From positions 157,852,001 to 157,916,000 of the forward strand of contig OZ024741.1 in NCBI GenBank assembly GCA_964016885.1: DNA of 64,000 nucleotides. Reading direction: 5' to 3'. Below the pieces are notes generated by a model. That model made no database searches and was not told where the DNA came from. It was given only the letters and a program-made list of their open reading frames with translations. Of the stretch, positions 12,000 to 25,067 are shown piece by piece. The DNA is from Eledone cirrhosa (Eukaryota). Both the position numbers and the translations under genes were made by a program. Positions within the stretch are counted from its first letter, which is position 1, and the number at the start of each line of letters is the position of its first letter.

Positions 12000-12990
12000 A
12001 AAATTATTTTTGACAGAATTGATAGAGCATTAAACAAAATACTTAACAGTATTTATTTCTGCCTTTACTTTCTGAGTTTGTTTCCCACCAAGGTCAACTT
12101 TGCCTTTCATTTTTTCCAGGGTCAATAAAATAAAGAACCAGTTAAATACTGTGGTCGATTTAATCAACTTTCCCTTCCCCACAAAATGTTGGCCTTGTGT
12201 CTAAATTAGAAATCATTATCATTATGTCACGCAGTGTAAATGTTTAATGTACTGGAGTATTTAGTCATTTGTCAAGTCACAAGAACCTCAGACAGATATT
12301 ACTTTCCTTAAAATGTGTACAGTACCTAACAAAGTTGATTTTTGTATGACACCAATCTTGCTTCGTACTGCACACATTTTAAAGAAAGTATTATTTGTCT
12401 GCTTTAAATATTATCAACTTCAAGTCTTAAAGTTTCAATGAGATTGACCCCAATGCCCTGATTACAACTAGTATCACTTTCACATCATCCTATTGCATTC
12501 CAAACAATCTTGCCATCTTCACTTTCAATTTAAAATATTTGGTGGGCAGTATCGGTATCGGTAGAGTTACATCCCTTTAAGGTCTGAGTTCAAATCTCGT
12601 TGAGGTTAACTTTGCCTTTCATCCTTACGGGGTCGATAAAATAAAGTACCAGTCATGCACTGGGGGCGATTTAATCGACTTTCCCCTCCCCCAAAATTGC
12701 TGGCCTTGTGCCTACATAAGAAACCATTATTATTATTATTATTATACAAGAAATCATTATTATTATAAGGGTGGTGGATTGGCAGTATCATTAGCTCATC
12801 AGACACCATGCTTTGCAGCATAGTTATGGCCCTTTACGTTCTGAGTTCAAATCCTGCCGAGGTTAACTTTGCTTTTCATCCTTACGGGGTCGATAAAATA
12901 AAGCACCAGTAACGTACTGGGGTCGACTTAATCAACTTTCCTCTCCCCCAAAATTGCTGGCCTTGTGCCTATATAAGAAACCATTATTAT
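12000..12990 (+). mobile_element. Cluster of tRNA-derived SINEs (family A)
   Basis: A-box-like GGATTGGCAGTATCGGTAG, B-box GAGTTCAAATCC, core AACTTTGCCTTTCATCCTTACGGGGTCGATAAAATAAAGTACCAG and an (ATT)n tail. Copies at about 12000-12225, 12541-12765 and 12768-12990. Confidence 0.85.
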
Positions 12991-13744
12991 ATGTGGAACG
13001 TCAGGGTGATTCGTCACCACTCCCTTCAGTCACATCTCCAATTCACATTCTTTGTCTAACCCACCCACATACCCACCCCCACCCACTTATACTCGCATCT
13101 CTGACTCATCTTCCCCATCCAACCCTATTATTTTATTCCAAACATTTTTGATATTTCCAATCATCTCGTGTAAAGTTTATCTTAGTTCATTGCAGACAAT
13201 AGATCAACATTTGTGAATCAAGATATTCTGAAAGCAAATGTTACAGTAAGGAAATTGGCTTTACTATACTTTTATGTCCTAGTGCATGCAAGTGAAACTA
13301 TAAGAGCTATGCAGCCATATTAATGTTTTGTTTGTATGAAGTGGGTTTTGATTGAGGCCCATCATTAAGTAGGGAGGCGGTACTGGATGTCCCTCACTGC
13401 ATACTTATTAATGGTCCACCCTGAGATTTAGAAAATATTTTTAAAAAAACAAAAACATCCTTGTTATTTTGACTTTACAAATTGATCTTCTCAAAACAAG
13501 AAAAAAATATAAAAGTTAGTCAAAGTTAGTCAAAATATTCCCTAAGGAATTCATAGAAATCAAAAGAAATGATACTGAAGAAAAGCAAAAACAATGCCAG
13601 CAACAATAATAGTAGCAAGGAATAAAATCAGTTGTTCTTGTTTTAATTCTATACCAGATTATTGTCTCCGGTTTATTTTCTCGGGATATTTTGGCTAGCA
13701 TTGCTTTGGTCTCTAATTTGTCACAAATGCCAATTTATTGACAG

Positions 13745-13937
13745 GGCAGTGGATTGGCAGTATCGGTAGAGGGGTCTGATGCCATGCTTTGTAGCAAAGA
13801 GTTACGGCCCTTTATGGTCTGAGTTCAAATCCCGCCAAGGTTAACTTTACCTTTCATCCTTACAGGCTTGATGAAATAAAGCACCAGTAATACACTGGGA
13901 TAATTGCTGGCTTTGTGCCAAAAGTAGAAACAATTAT
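13745..13937 (+). mobile_element. tRNA-derived SINE (family A)
   Basis: Same head, B-box and core as the 12.5-kb copies. Confidence 0.85.
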
Positions 13938-13942
13938 ATATA

Positions 13943-14282
13943 CAGTGAACTCCCAACATTCGCGGTCCCGGTTATTTGCGGAATTTTCCTTAGAACCTAT
14001 CTAGTAATTGTTGTGGAAATCACCGCATAAATATCTTCCACAATTTTTTTATGGCTTTTTTCATAACAATATTTTTTAACGCTAAATTATTAACAATATA
14101 CTGTATTTACCGGCCTATTGGACGCCCCTTCGCATAAGATGCGCCCTCTTTTTTTATTATATTTTAAGTTATATTTTGACGTTTATAGGCATTTTTATGG
14201 ACCACCTCCAATATTCGTGGTTTTTCACTCTTCGCGGATGCTCTAGGACTGTAACCCCCACGAATACTGGAAGACTACTATG
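13943..14282. mobile_element. Tigger/pogo-like MITE
   Basis: TA|CAGTGAACTCCCAACATTCGCGG at the left; imperfect complement CCACGAATACTGGAAGACTACTATG|TA at the right; internal TTCGCGGA repeats. Confidence 0.55.
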
Positions 14283-14544
14283 TATATATGTATACATATA
14301 TAATATATATATATATATATATACAGTATATATATATCCAAAATTAAATTAAGGGTGTCATGTCCGAGAGATATGCGCCATATCCACTGTAGAATATGCT
14401 CAAAGATTCCAATGAATAGATCCGACCATTTTATTTCAACTAGAAATTGATTGACATATATATATATCTAAATAAACATATGAAACAATCACAGGGGATA
14501 ATACAAATTATCCCCTGTGATTGTTTCATATGTTTATTTAGATA

Positions 14545-17500
14545 TCATCATCATCATCGTTTAATGTCCATGTTCCACGCTTGCATGGGTTTGGACGGGA
14601 GTTTTCCCACTTGAGGCAAGAGTGGTTGTCTTGCTCGCATAGGACTGTCTGGCGGGTTTTCTACAGCTGGATGCCCTTCCTAACACCAACCACATTTACA
14701 GTGTGGGACTGGGAGGTTTTTACCGTGTTACCTACACGGCCACATTACAGCGTGGACTGTGTGTTTTTTTTTTGTCGTGACACCTACATGATCTCATTTG
14801 TTTCGGCCTGGATGTTGTGGCACCAACATAACTTTACATTGAAAGGGGCGGTGTGGATGGGGTGGGGGTGGTGGGACGGGGGTGTATTTTGTTAGAGGTG
14901 CCTACTGACTGTAGTAGGTTTTACTTTGTATTTAGGTAAGGCGGGTCTTCTTTATTACTGAGTACCGCCAAAGATCTCGGTCAAGTGACATTGTCTTGGA
15001 GAGGTGTAAGTGTGTGAGGTCAGAATTTATCAGGTCGTCCCAGGTTTTTCTGGGTCTGCCTACTCCGTGGCTACCGTCTATCTTTATTGCCCTGCACTTT
15101 TTTATACAGCTGTCGTCTTTCATGCGCATCACGTGACCATACCAACGTAGCCTTCTCTTTAGTAAACATCTGATCCCTCTTATTTCTAATTTTTCCCTTA
15201 GTTCGTTTATGCTTTGCCGTTCACGTATATTACTATTACACATCCAGTGGAGCATGCAAGCTTCGTTCCTCTCTAGTCTGCGTATATGCCCAGGTCTCAC
15301 TGCCATGCAACATTGCTGTTCGTATGCAGGCATCATACAACCTGCCTTTCATTTTTAGGGAGAACCCTTTAGCGGCTAATAGTGGTATAAGCTCTCTGAA
15401 CTTTTTCCATCCAGTTCTGACTCTAGCTACTGTACTTTCAGAGCACCCTCCCCCACTTCTGATTTTGTCACCCAGGTAACGGAAGCTGTCCACTATTTCT
15501 ATAGAACCCTCTGCGCAATTGAAAGAGCTAATATTTTGTGGGCACTTGCTGCTACTTATTGCACCAGAGCACCGGCCACATGTAAAATCTATGTTCTTAG
15601 TTAGCTTACCTGTGATCCCACTACATCTTTTATGCACCCATACTTTGCATTTGGGACATAAAATGGAGTTTCTACCTACGCCTTTCCTACACACTGAGCA
15701 TGGCCATTTCCCGGAATGGACCGGCGCCTTATTTTCTTTCCTACAAACTAGAACTTTAGTCTTAGCCAGGTTAATTTTAAGGCCTTTTGATTCTAGGCCG
15801 TGCTTCCATGTTTGGAATTTCTTCTCTAGCTCAGCCATTGATTCAGCTATGAGCGTTAGATCATCTGCGTATAGGAGTTCCCATGGGCAGCCGGTCTTGA
15901 ACTCCACTGTTATAGCCTGAAGGGCAATAATAAATAGTAGGGGGCTAAGAACAGAGCCCTGATGAACACCAACTTTTACGCTAAACTCTTCACTATATTC
16001 GTTGTTAATTCTAACCTTGCTGACTGTTTCTTTATACATGGCTTGTATAGCCATTCATCAACACCTAGTTTTCTAAGAGCCCACCAGATAATGGAACGGG
16101 GGACTCTGTTGAAGGCTTTCTCCAAGTCGACAAAAGCTAAGTATAGGGGTTTACTTTTAGCTAGGTACTTCTCCTGTAGTTGTCGTACAATGAAAAGAGC
16201 GTCTGTGGTACTTTTGCCTGACACAAATCCGAACTGCATTTCATCTAGATCAATTCTCTCTCTGATTAGTTGCGCTATTACTTTTTCCGTGACCTTCATG
16301 ACCTGGTCGATTAATTTAATGCCTCTATAGTTACTCCTATCTAGGGCATCTCCTTTACCCTTGTAACAGTTAATGATGATGCTGCTACGCCAGTCCTTCG
16401 GAACAACCCCATTCTGTATGACTTGGTTTACTATCCGGGTGACCATGGTGTGTCCCACCGTTCCAGAGGCTTTCAGCATCTCAGCAACTATTTCCGAAGG
16501 CCCAGCCGCCTTACCCGTCTTCATATCTTTGATTGCCTTACTTATTATACTACCTTCAACTAGCACTGCTGGTCCCTCTATTGGGTCGATGTGGGGGAGA
16601 CTGTCTTTCTCCCATTTATTCTCCTCATTTAGTAGCCTTTCGTAGTGACACTTCCAAGCTACCTTCTTATCAGCGTCGGTGATGGCAAGTACGCCATCAT
16701 CATTAAGTACACACTTCTCCCAGACAATATCACGGTTTTCCTTGACACATTGCCTAGCAATCCGGAACACCTCACGTTTTTGGTCCTCGCGTTGTAGAAC
16801 ATGCTTGAACTTTCTTTCCTCTGCTTCCCTTCTTGCGAAGTACACTTGCCTCCTAGCTTCCCGCCTGGCCACTTGATAGTCTTCTCTACTTCCTCCATCC
16901 CGCCATACTTTCCAAGCCTGCTTTTTGGCCTTAATTGACCCCTCCACCTTACTGTTCCACCACCATGTTACTCTCCTCCTGCCTACAGGCCTGTTCCAGC
17001 CACAGACTTCGTCTGCCGCCATCAGCAGGTTTGCTTTCAGGAATTCCCACTGTTCCTCTATATTGTACGACTCTAATTGCTCTTCCTTACTGTCGAAAGC
17101 ATCAAGTAATATGCTTTGAAATTTATTTCTGGCTGTGGGGTCCTTTAGCTTCCATATTTTTCTCCTGAGGATAGTCCTCTTCTGCTGTCTAGTACGTCTC
17201 GTCCTGACTATGAGGTCGCTAATTATCAGTCTATGTTGGGGGGTGCATTCTTCATGGGGGAGGGATTTAGTGTTTACAACAGACACTCTGTCACGTCTTC
17301 TGGTAAGGATATAATCTACCTGGCTGGTATGTTCCCCTGATCTGTAGGTGATCAAGTGATTGTCTCGTTTTTTGAAGTTAGTGTTACAGATAGTTAGGTT
17401 ATTTGCATCACAGACTTCCAGGATTCTGGAGCCTTCCTCGTTTCTAGTAACAAACCCATAGCCTCCGTGGATTCCGTCATAGCCGTCACAATGTTGTCCA

Positions 17501-18735
17501 ACGTGACCATTTAGGTCGCCAGCAATAATTATATAGTCACTGTCGGTTATTTGGGAGGTAGTGAGCATCAGTGTCTCATAGAATCTGTCTTTTATAGCGC
17601 CAGGCAGTCCGGATTGGGGCGCGTATGCAGATATTACTGTCACAGTAGTTCTATTTAGAACAAGTCTTATTTTAATTATTCTGTCATTCACTCTATTTAC
17701 ATCTATTATCTTATCCACCCATTTTTCTGATAACATGATTCCTACCCCACCCATCCCATTGTCATTTCCCACCCAGAAAAGCTTATAGCAACGTTTTTTA
17801 CCCACAATGAATCTAACAGACCCGCCCCTCCACCTGGTCTCTTGGATGCAGCAAACATCAACCTCCTTACGTTCAAGCATTTCTTCAACCTCGTTAGAGC
17901 GGCCTTTTAAGGTGCCTACATTCATGGTACCAACTCTGAAGTTTTGGATTGTATTTGGAGGATGGGGCGCAGGGAGGGGTGAGGAGGATGGGGTTGGGGT
18001 TATGTTGGCCATCCGCGGCCGAAACAAAGAGGAGGGGGCCTTGCCCTTTCGTCCGGCAGCATGAGGTGAATTTCTCGTTATCTTTGGCATTGTCATCGAG
18101 TGTCCAGATTCTTCACTCTCCAGAAATTCCTTAGTCCATCCATCATATCGAAAAGCAGTCAGAAGTGATAGCATAGGCCGTTGACTTGTGATTGGTCCAA
18201 ATAATAAAGGTTGAGAGTGGGGCGGGGTATGGGGTAGTTAGCAAAGAGAAGATTATTTAGAACAGTGAGACAGAATTATAGGATAGCAACGATTGTAGAT
18301 ATATGGATGAATGAACCGAAGGTTGAGGAGACAAGATGAAAATGTTATATTATACATTACATTTTCGTAGAAGTCGACTGACCATTAATAAGAGTTGACA
18401 AATTCTGAGTTTTGTCCTTCGTAACATGCTTATTTATATTTGGTGCAAGTAGGGAGTGAGAGAGAGAGAGGGACGTATATGTTAGAGAGAGTGGGGGTAA
18501 TAGCGATTTTGAGGAGCGAGAGAATCCATTTTTATGAATCCTGGAAAAAATTTTGGCCAAACTGGTAGTGAGAAGATTATTTAGAACAAGCGTGGAGAAG
18601 ATTTTTTTAGAACAGTGAGACAGAATTATAGGATAGCAAAGAGAAGATTATTTAGAACAGTGAGACAGAATTATAGGATAGCAACGATTGTAGATATATG
18701 GATGAATGAACCGAAGGTTGAGGAGACAAGAAGAA
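14545..18735 (-). mobile_element. Near full-length RTE-clade LINE (AP endonuclease, RT, PHD-like finger), two frameshifts
   Basis: ORF 15976-18174 has APE motifs (GTMNVGTL, CIQETRW, ISAYAPQ, AGDLNGH, SQVDYIL, PQHRLI) and RT start (YRGIKL, QFGF, FVDLEKAF). ORF 15236-16054 has GVHQGSVLSPLLF and LLYADDL. ORF 14932-15336 has RLRWYGHVMRM. There is a (GAT)n 3' tail at about 14545-14558 and 5' tandem repeats at 18245-18735. Confidence 0.95.
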
Positions 18736-18789
18736 ATATATATATATATATGTCAATCAATTTCTAGTTGATATATATATATATATATC

Positions 18790-19380
18790 AAAGGTTTCTC
18801 CCTACATACAAAAGGACGACTTTGTGATGCCTGTATGGGAAGTGCATTGCTGTATGGTAGTGAAACATGGGCAGTGACTGCAGAGAATGTGCATAGACTG
18901 AAGAGAAATGAAGCAACCATGCTTCATTGGGTGTGCAATGTAATTGTAAGAGATAATACTGTCACTAACCTCTCAGTGAAGAGTAGACTGTATAATGCCT
19001 GCATGCAAGCTGAAATGCTACAGGTCAGTGAGCCATGGGTTTTGTTTTCAGAGCTACAAAGGCTAAAAAGAAATGAAGCAAGTATGCTCTGAAGGATGTG
19101 TAATGTCAGTGTGCAAGAATGATGTAGCATAAGAAAACTGAGAAAAACCTGATAGTGTGCAAGAGAGAAGAATGCATTAATATGGACATGTAATGTGAAT
19201 GGAAGATGACAGCTGTATAAATAAATGCAGAGAAATCTGTGGATGGGGATTGAAGTAGAAGCAGACCTAAGAAGCTGTGCTGAGGTGAAGAGTGACCTTG
19301 TAAAATTGAACATCACACCAGACATGACATAGGACCACGAAGAGTGATGACATGCTGTACTGATGAAGACCTGCCTACCA
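18790..19380 (+). mobile_element. Degraded RTE 3' fragments (internally duplicated)
   Basis: LLYGSETWAVTAENVHRLKRNEATML occurs, then a second RLYNAC...RLKRNEASML. Confidence 0.75.
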
Positions 19381-21554
19381 GCATAAAATGTGACTTGACC
19401 CATTCACATACCCCTTCCCACTATTACTCCTCACTAGCTACTCACTCCCATTCATGTGCCCACTACACACTATCACCCCTTAGTATAGTATTCTCACTAT
19501 AACTGTACACTTCCACCGCCACCACCTCTTAAATCCTAACATCCATTCTCAATCTCTGACTCATTACTCCACCCAGGATGCTCCCCACCTTTCTAATCTA
19601 AAATACAAGCCATAACTCGCCATCCCTCCATAACTTATCACAGTACCTCAGACCACCACTTCCTAACACCCACATTCTATCCATAACAACCCCTCTAGTT
19701 GCACTCAGTACACTCTGTAAAGTGGTCAGTGATAGGAAAAATATTCAGCCATAGAAAAACTGCCAAATGATGGGCTGGGAGAGTTATTCAGCAGTGACAA
19801 ATGCATGAGAAACTCTCTAGTATTGGTAACTTACATGATAAACACACCCATTACACTCTGTTAATGATAGGAAGGGCATCCTGCTATAGAAAACCTGCCA
19901 AACAAATGGTCGGGAGAATGCTTGAGCTGTGCCAGAGATATGACATCTCTGGTAGTAGTGGCACAATAAAATGCATTCAGTAGAGATGCAGGCCCCTTGT
20001 CCACTTGATCACCCAGTAGAGTGTGAAAACATAAATAAGCAAGATACAGCCCCCCCCCACCCCACCATCTGAGATGTCATTGACTCTCAAAGTTAACAGC
20101 TTCAGCATACATTTTTGCTTCTGGAGACAGAAAAAATGGACAGTGCTATATTCTGTGTAGCTGTACTACCATTTCACCAAAGCAAAGCTTTCAAATTTTT
20201 TCAATCGGCCAGAATGTAAACAAACAATCTACTTTTAGAACCATTGAGTGGGTTTTGAATTTATTAATTTAAAGTTAACAACTTCAACTGTCCAATTATT
20301 TACAAGAGGTTTGGATAAGATAAAATTAATATTTTTTAGTGTTTATTTAAGTAATATTTACTAAGGTACATTTCATTTGTATAGGTAGTAATTTGTTTAA
20401 TAATGTATTCAGTTAGTAATAACTCAACAACTTTATTATTTTTACATTTTTGGAGCTTATTTATTCTGTTTTGGTTTTAAATCTGTTTATAGTGAATTTA
20501 TATCTGGTTTCAATATCTTTTTATTTGATTTTTTATTTTTTAGCTGGGCACATAGCTTCACACCATTTGTTTGGTTTTATCAGAGCTCATGGTTTATTTC
20601 AGTGGTTGGCTGTAGATCAGGTTCATTGGGAGACTTATGATTAAGGAAAGAATTTCAGGCGGTAGCACTAAATGTTTGGAGCATAGCCAATTACGCAATG
20701 GGGTTGTAGTTGCTGTAGATAATAATTATTAGTATATAGTAACTTATGATGGTTACAACACAATGACATCCATCTTCTTCATACTGGTGCGGGCTGGTGG
20801 TTGATTTACTGGGATGTGGGGACATAAAAGAATGTGCGTGATTTAGCTCACCCTTGAGCAGTATAGTTTGACTGTCTGAAGTTGAGTATGTTTTGTTTGC
20901 TTGTATTCATGTTTGGCTTTAATTTAATTTTGATAGATTCACATTCAAAGTAAGGCAATTGACAGTCTTATTTGATGTGTGTGTGTCTGTATATATATAT
21001 ACACACACATACATCACCTATTGACTCATATACGTTGTGAAATTGATTGGTTTTGCACACGTAGTTGGTCTAAATATTCCAAATTCAAATTCTAACTAGC
21101 ACACTAACTCTGTATCGCTGTCTAATTGCCTGCTGGAATTTAATGTCTGGAAAGGTTTTAGTTACTACTATTGTTTACTGTTGTACCACATTTGCTACCA
21201 TTCTATTGTACAGCGATTCTAGACAGATTTTTCTCAAATAACCAATTTTTTTTCACTCACTTGTTAATTTGTGTTTGATTTGAGATATGTTGGTTGAGTA
21301 ATTATAGGAGGGTTGAAGCATAGAATCCCGACTCCTAGCCATCATGTAAATTTCTGAAACAGTAGCCAATCGGTTGATGGTACTTTGATGATGCGAAGGG
21401 ATTCCAGTTACTACTGTACTACTGTGTCACCTGTCACATTTACTGCCATAGCCAGCACAGACTGGAATCAAATCCTGTCAAGTGATTGGTGATTGGTTAT
21501 TGATTAGGCGAGACCCACTGATGAAGCCACATGCGTCGATTGTGCATTATTGCT

Positions 21555-22109
21555 TTGCAGCAAAGCATTACAGCCCTTTATGGTCTGAGTTAAAATCCCG
21601 CTGAGGTTAACTTTGCCTTTCATCCTTACGGGGTCGATAAAATAAAGTACCAGTAATACACTAGGATAATTGCTGGCCTTGTGCCAAAAGTAGAAACAAT
21701 GATTGCATAATGAATGCAGACAATGGATGTTATACGCTCTTTTACTGTATTAAGTGTGGCCGAAACTTGAGTACAGGTATAAATTTATGGTACCCATTTA
21801 CGTGTGTTGTATCGAGGCAAATAACTTTGTGTCTACTCTGGGATTTATACATAACCTTACCTATTGAGTATACTGAGAAACAACTGGTACTAGCAGGGAA
21901 ACCTTATGCTAGTCCTGTTAACCTCTTATTCGGTGAATTGGCAGTATCGGTAGAGGGTCGGACATGCTTACCAGCATAGTTACGTCCCTTTACGTTCTGA
22001 GTTCAAATCCCGCCGAGGTTAACTTTGCCTTTCATCCTTACGGGGTCGATAAAATAAAGTACCAGTAATGTACCGGGTTATTGTTGGCGTTGTGCCAAAA
22101 GTAGAAACA

Positions 22110-22115
<6 letters not shown>
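21555..22115 (+). mobile_element. Two tRNA-derived SINEs (family A)
   Basis: Family A cores at about 21605-21700 and 21935-22115. Confidence 0.85.
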
Positions 22116-22150
<35 letters not shown>

Positions 22151-22719
22151 CCCTCCCCTCTTTCTATATATATATATATTTTCTCCCACTGTCTATTCAA
22201 TTATCTCCCCTTGTTCTCTGCAAAACCTAGCAGTTGGTGATTCAACACTCTCTCTCTCTCTCAAAACCATCCTTTGAGGAGGAATCAGTGGCTGTGTGTC
22301 ATCTGCACATAGTTATGTCCTTCATACTGTTAATCTCTTCCAAACGACACTTTCCTCATTTAGAAGTATTGTGGTAAGACTAACCCAATCCTAAAGGGTA
22401 TTTTACTCGATTTTCTAAAGCTATTATTATTTATTCAATCAACTGTTGTTACAGTTCAAGGATTCTGTTGGTCGGTAGTTATGTTCTGTCTTTTAATGGC
22501 AGATTTATGATAATAATTAAATATAAATTAACATGTTGCCATTCTTTATAGGGCAGATATCTACTCTATAATAGTAGCTGAATCACTACCTCCTTACGGA
22601 CAAATGACGCACACCAGGCCTGAACACAGAAGAGCCAAACCCCACTGTCATCGCCTCTATCTCTCTTGCCCTCCCCATCTTTCTCTATTATGAGCAAATG
22701 GGGTCCCACGTGCTGGCCA

Positions 22720-23235
22720 CCCCACGGCCTCAGCGAACAGGATGGAGAAGGCGTTTCCCTGGTGCATGGTAAGGGAGATGCGCTGGAAGAACGATTCCAT
22801 CTTGCGAGGCTCACACCTGCAGCTAGCCAGCTCCACGCCTATGGTGCTAAGTAGGGAGGTAGCCCTAGGGCCAAGGACACCAGAAGTCTCCACTACTATG
22901 GGCTGCAAACCTGTCAGAAAGCAACTGATACTTGAAGAGTTTACCCTCCTCAGCCCAAAGAGTAGCAGAACCTGCGTTAGTCGCAGACTGCACCAGGCTG
23001 CTACTGGAGAATGTGTTGCTGTAAGTGGCATCCTAGATGAGAGGTATACCACCACGGAACAGGAAGATGGTCATGCCAGCTGACCTTTTGCCGTCCCCTC
23101 AGTCCAGCCCCACTGGCTTTAGCTGGGAGGGGAAGCCTGCAGCATTCAAGCCATGTTTTATGCCCTCGTTGAGAGCAGTATGGCATGGAAGGTGGCCAGC
23201 ACTGTAGCGACAGGTAAGCGGGTGGAGGCCAAAAG
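22720..23235 (-). mobile_element. CRE-like non-LTR retrotransposon 3' fragment (restriction-like endonuclease)
   Basis: Minus translation gives CRYSAGHLPCHTALNEGIKHGLNAAGFPSQLKPVGLD*GDGKRSAGMT...DAT...AEEGKLFKY / PIVVETSGVLGPRA...FFQRISLTMHQGNAFSIL, matching the RPDG...WD...ET.G..G...QRIS...Q.GNA pattern of CRE-type RLEs. Confidence 0.8.
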
Positions 23236-23585
23236 AATTGTTAGTTATTTTTTGCATTTAGATTGACACATTTCCAATTTCAAATATTATAAGTCCTTCA
23301 ATAAATCATGATCTGTTTACAATGGGCTCCAGCTGCAAGCTGTTCAGTATAGCTTCCTAAATTGGATTAAATTCATTGTTGCCCACTCCTTGGTTAATAT
23401 GATTGGTTGGAATTCGAGAGCTACAGAGTTTGTTTTCTCCATAACGGCTGCTGGCCACTTCTCCCATCCTTAAGAATATTTTACCCGATTTTCTAAAGCC
23501 CTATTATTTGTAGTGATTGACTGTTATCACAGTTATTTATTTTCTGTTTCGTTTCCCACATTTCATACATACACATACACACACA

Positions 23586-23757
23586 CAGGGTATGTGTGTA
23601 AAAAGAAAACTGACTCCATTTTTATTTTTGTCTACATTATTCATAGTTTGACAAAAACTGAAGAAGCTCTAAATATATTTAATTTAAACCATTAAAAACA
23701 AATCAAAATTTACCATTTTCTAATGTTTCTGTTCCAAGTGTTCCCCATTTGAATCCA

Positions 23758-23789
<32 letters not shown>

Positions 23790-24500
23790 GAGGCACATGG
23801 TGAAATTTCGCATAATGTCTTTACGAACAGACCTATGGATGGTTCTGATCTCCTCCCTGATGTTTTCCTTTAGTTCAGTGATGGTCATGGGTTATCGTTC
23901 AGATAACCCCAAAGAGAAAAATCTGGAGAGTTTAAATCAGGGCTATGTGGTGGCCCCTCAAAATCAGTCTTTAAACTGATCAGACAATTTCCAAAATTAT
24001 TTTTCAGTCTGTATTCTGTAGGGGTACTTTTTAAGATTCTCTTTGCAAGTTTCTCTGGAGAAACCGAATGATTGGCTTTTTCTGTGCAATGATTGTTTTT
24101 GGCTCTGTTCAACAGACTCTCAGCCCATGTCAATAATTTCCTGTGTATGCTTCTTCGGTTATCCAGTTTAGGTAGGACAGTCCTTGGGCATTTTATAGAA
24201 CTCTTCTATAGAACTCAAACTTCTTCACCCAGTTTTGTATATTGGCTTTGAAGGGAGATTTGTCTGTTCCAAAAATGCATAGAATTGCTCCTGAATCTGC
24301 TTGTAAAAGCCACACTTATAGTAATGTTTCACACAAAAAATTCCAGTGCTGGAGCTCCCATTAGAGTCTTGTTATTTTCTCAGATGTTGTATCTGCCATG
24401 TCTTGAAATTTAATGTTGATTGGTTATAAAACAACGAAACAGTGACACAAAATGTGTATAGGTCCAGTTTTTTTCTTTTTTTTTTTTAATTCACCATTTG
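23586..24500 (-). mobile_element. Tc1/mariner-family transposon relic
   Basis: PPHSPDLNSPDFSLWGYL, then TITELKENIREEIRTI. An HTH-like region (WVKKFE) lies near 24200-24330. The CAGGGT... left end has an imperfect complement near 24460-24500. Confidence 0.75.
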
Positions 24501-24594
24501 TGTGTGTATCAATCAGAAAGTTATTTGTCTCTAATATAATCAGACATCTCAATAAAAAGATAATTATCAACTAAGAGAAGCATTTAAACATATT

Positions 24595-25067
24595 TAACTT
24601 CAGCCAAAATTTCAATTGGGGGATATAACTTAGACTAACTAAAATAAGTCAGTTTCACTCATATAGGGTCCCCAACTGAAGTTTCTAGAATTAAGAAACA
24701 ATATCAATTATCTCAATAAATTAAGATAATCTATATTGGAAGAAAATTCCGTTGTTGGGGGAAATTCTTTAGAAGTAGAGAAATATTGAATAGCTAACAT
24801 ACAGACTTTATCCTTGTCGAAACAGGATGGTGTATTCAACAACATATCATTCCACTACTAAAGAAACATCTCTCTATATATCAGGACAATATATTAGAGA
24901 CAAATAACTTTCTGATTGATATTTACTCCTCCTTGATTGTTGAGTGGATTTAGATGGGTTTTTGGGTGCTATTTCTAGTGTGATTAAAAGCCTGTCATAT
25001 ATGAGTGAGCCTGACTTAGTTTGTCTAACTGATATCCCCCAATTGAGATTTTGGCTTAAGTTAAATA
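24595..25067. repeat. Imperfect ~75-bp inverted repeat pair, probably a Penelope inverted-pLTR remnant
   Basis: TTAACTTCAGCCAAAATTTCAATTGGGGGATAT...CACTCATATA (24595-24665) is complementary to TATATGAGTG...ATATCCCCCAATTGAGATTTTGGCTTAAGTTAA (24999-25064). Confidence 0.5.

Noticed and set aside
21515-21545. CTGATGAAGCC hammerhead-like start
   Set aside because: No closing stem II followed by GAAA.
24676-24710. Possible hammerhead (CTGAAGT...GAAACAATATC)
   Set aside because: The core is altered and stems I and II do not pair convincingly; at most a decayed relic.
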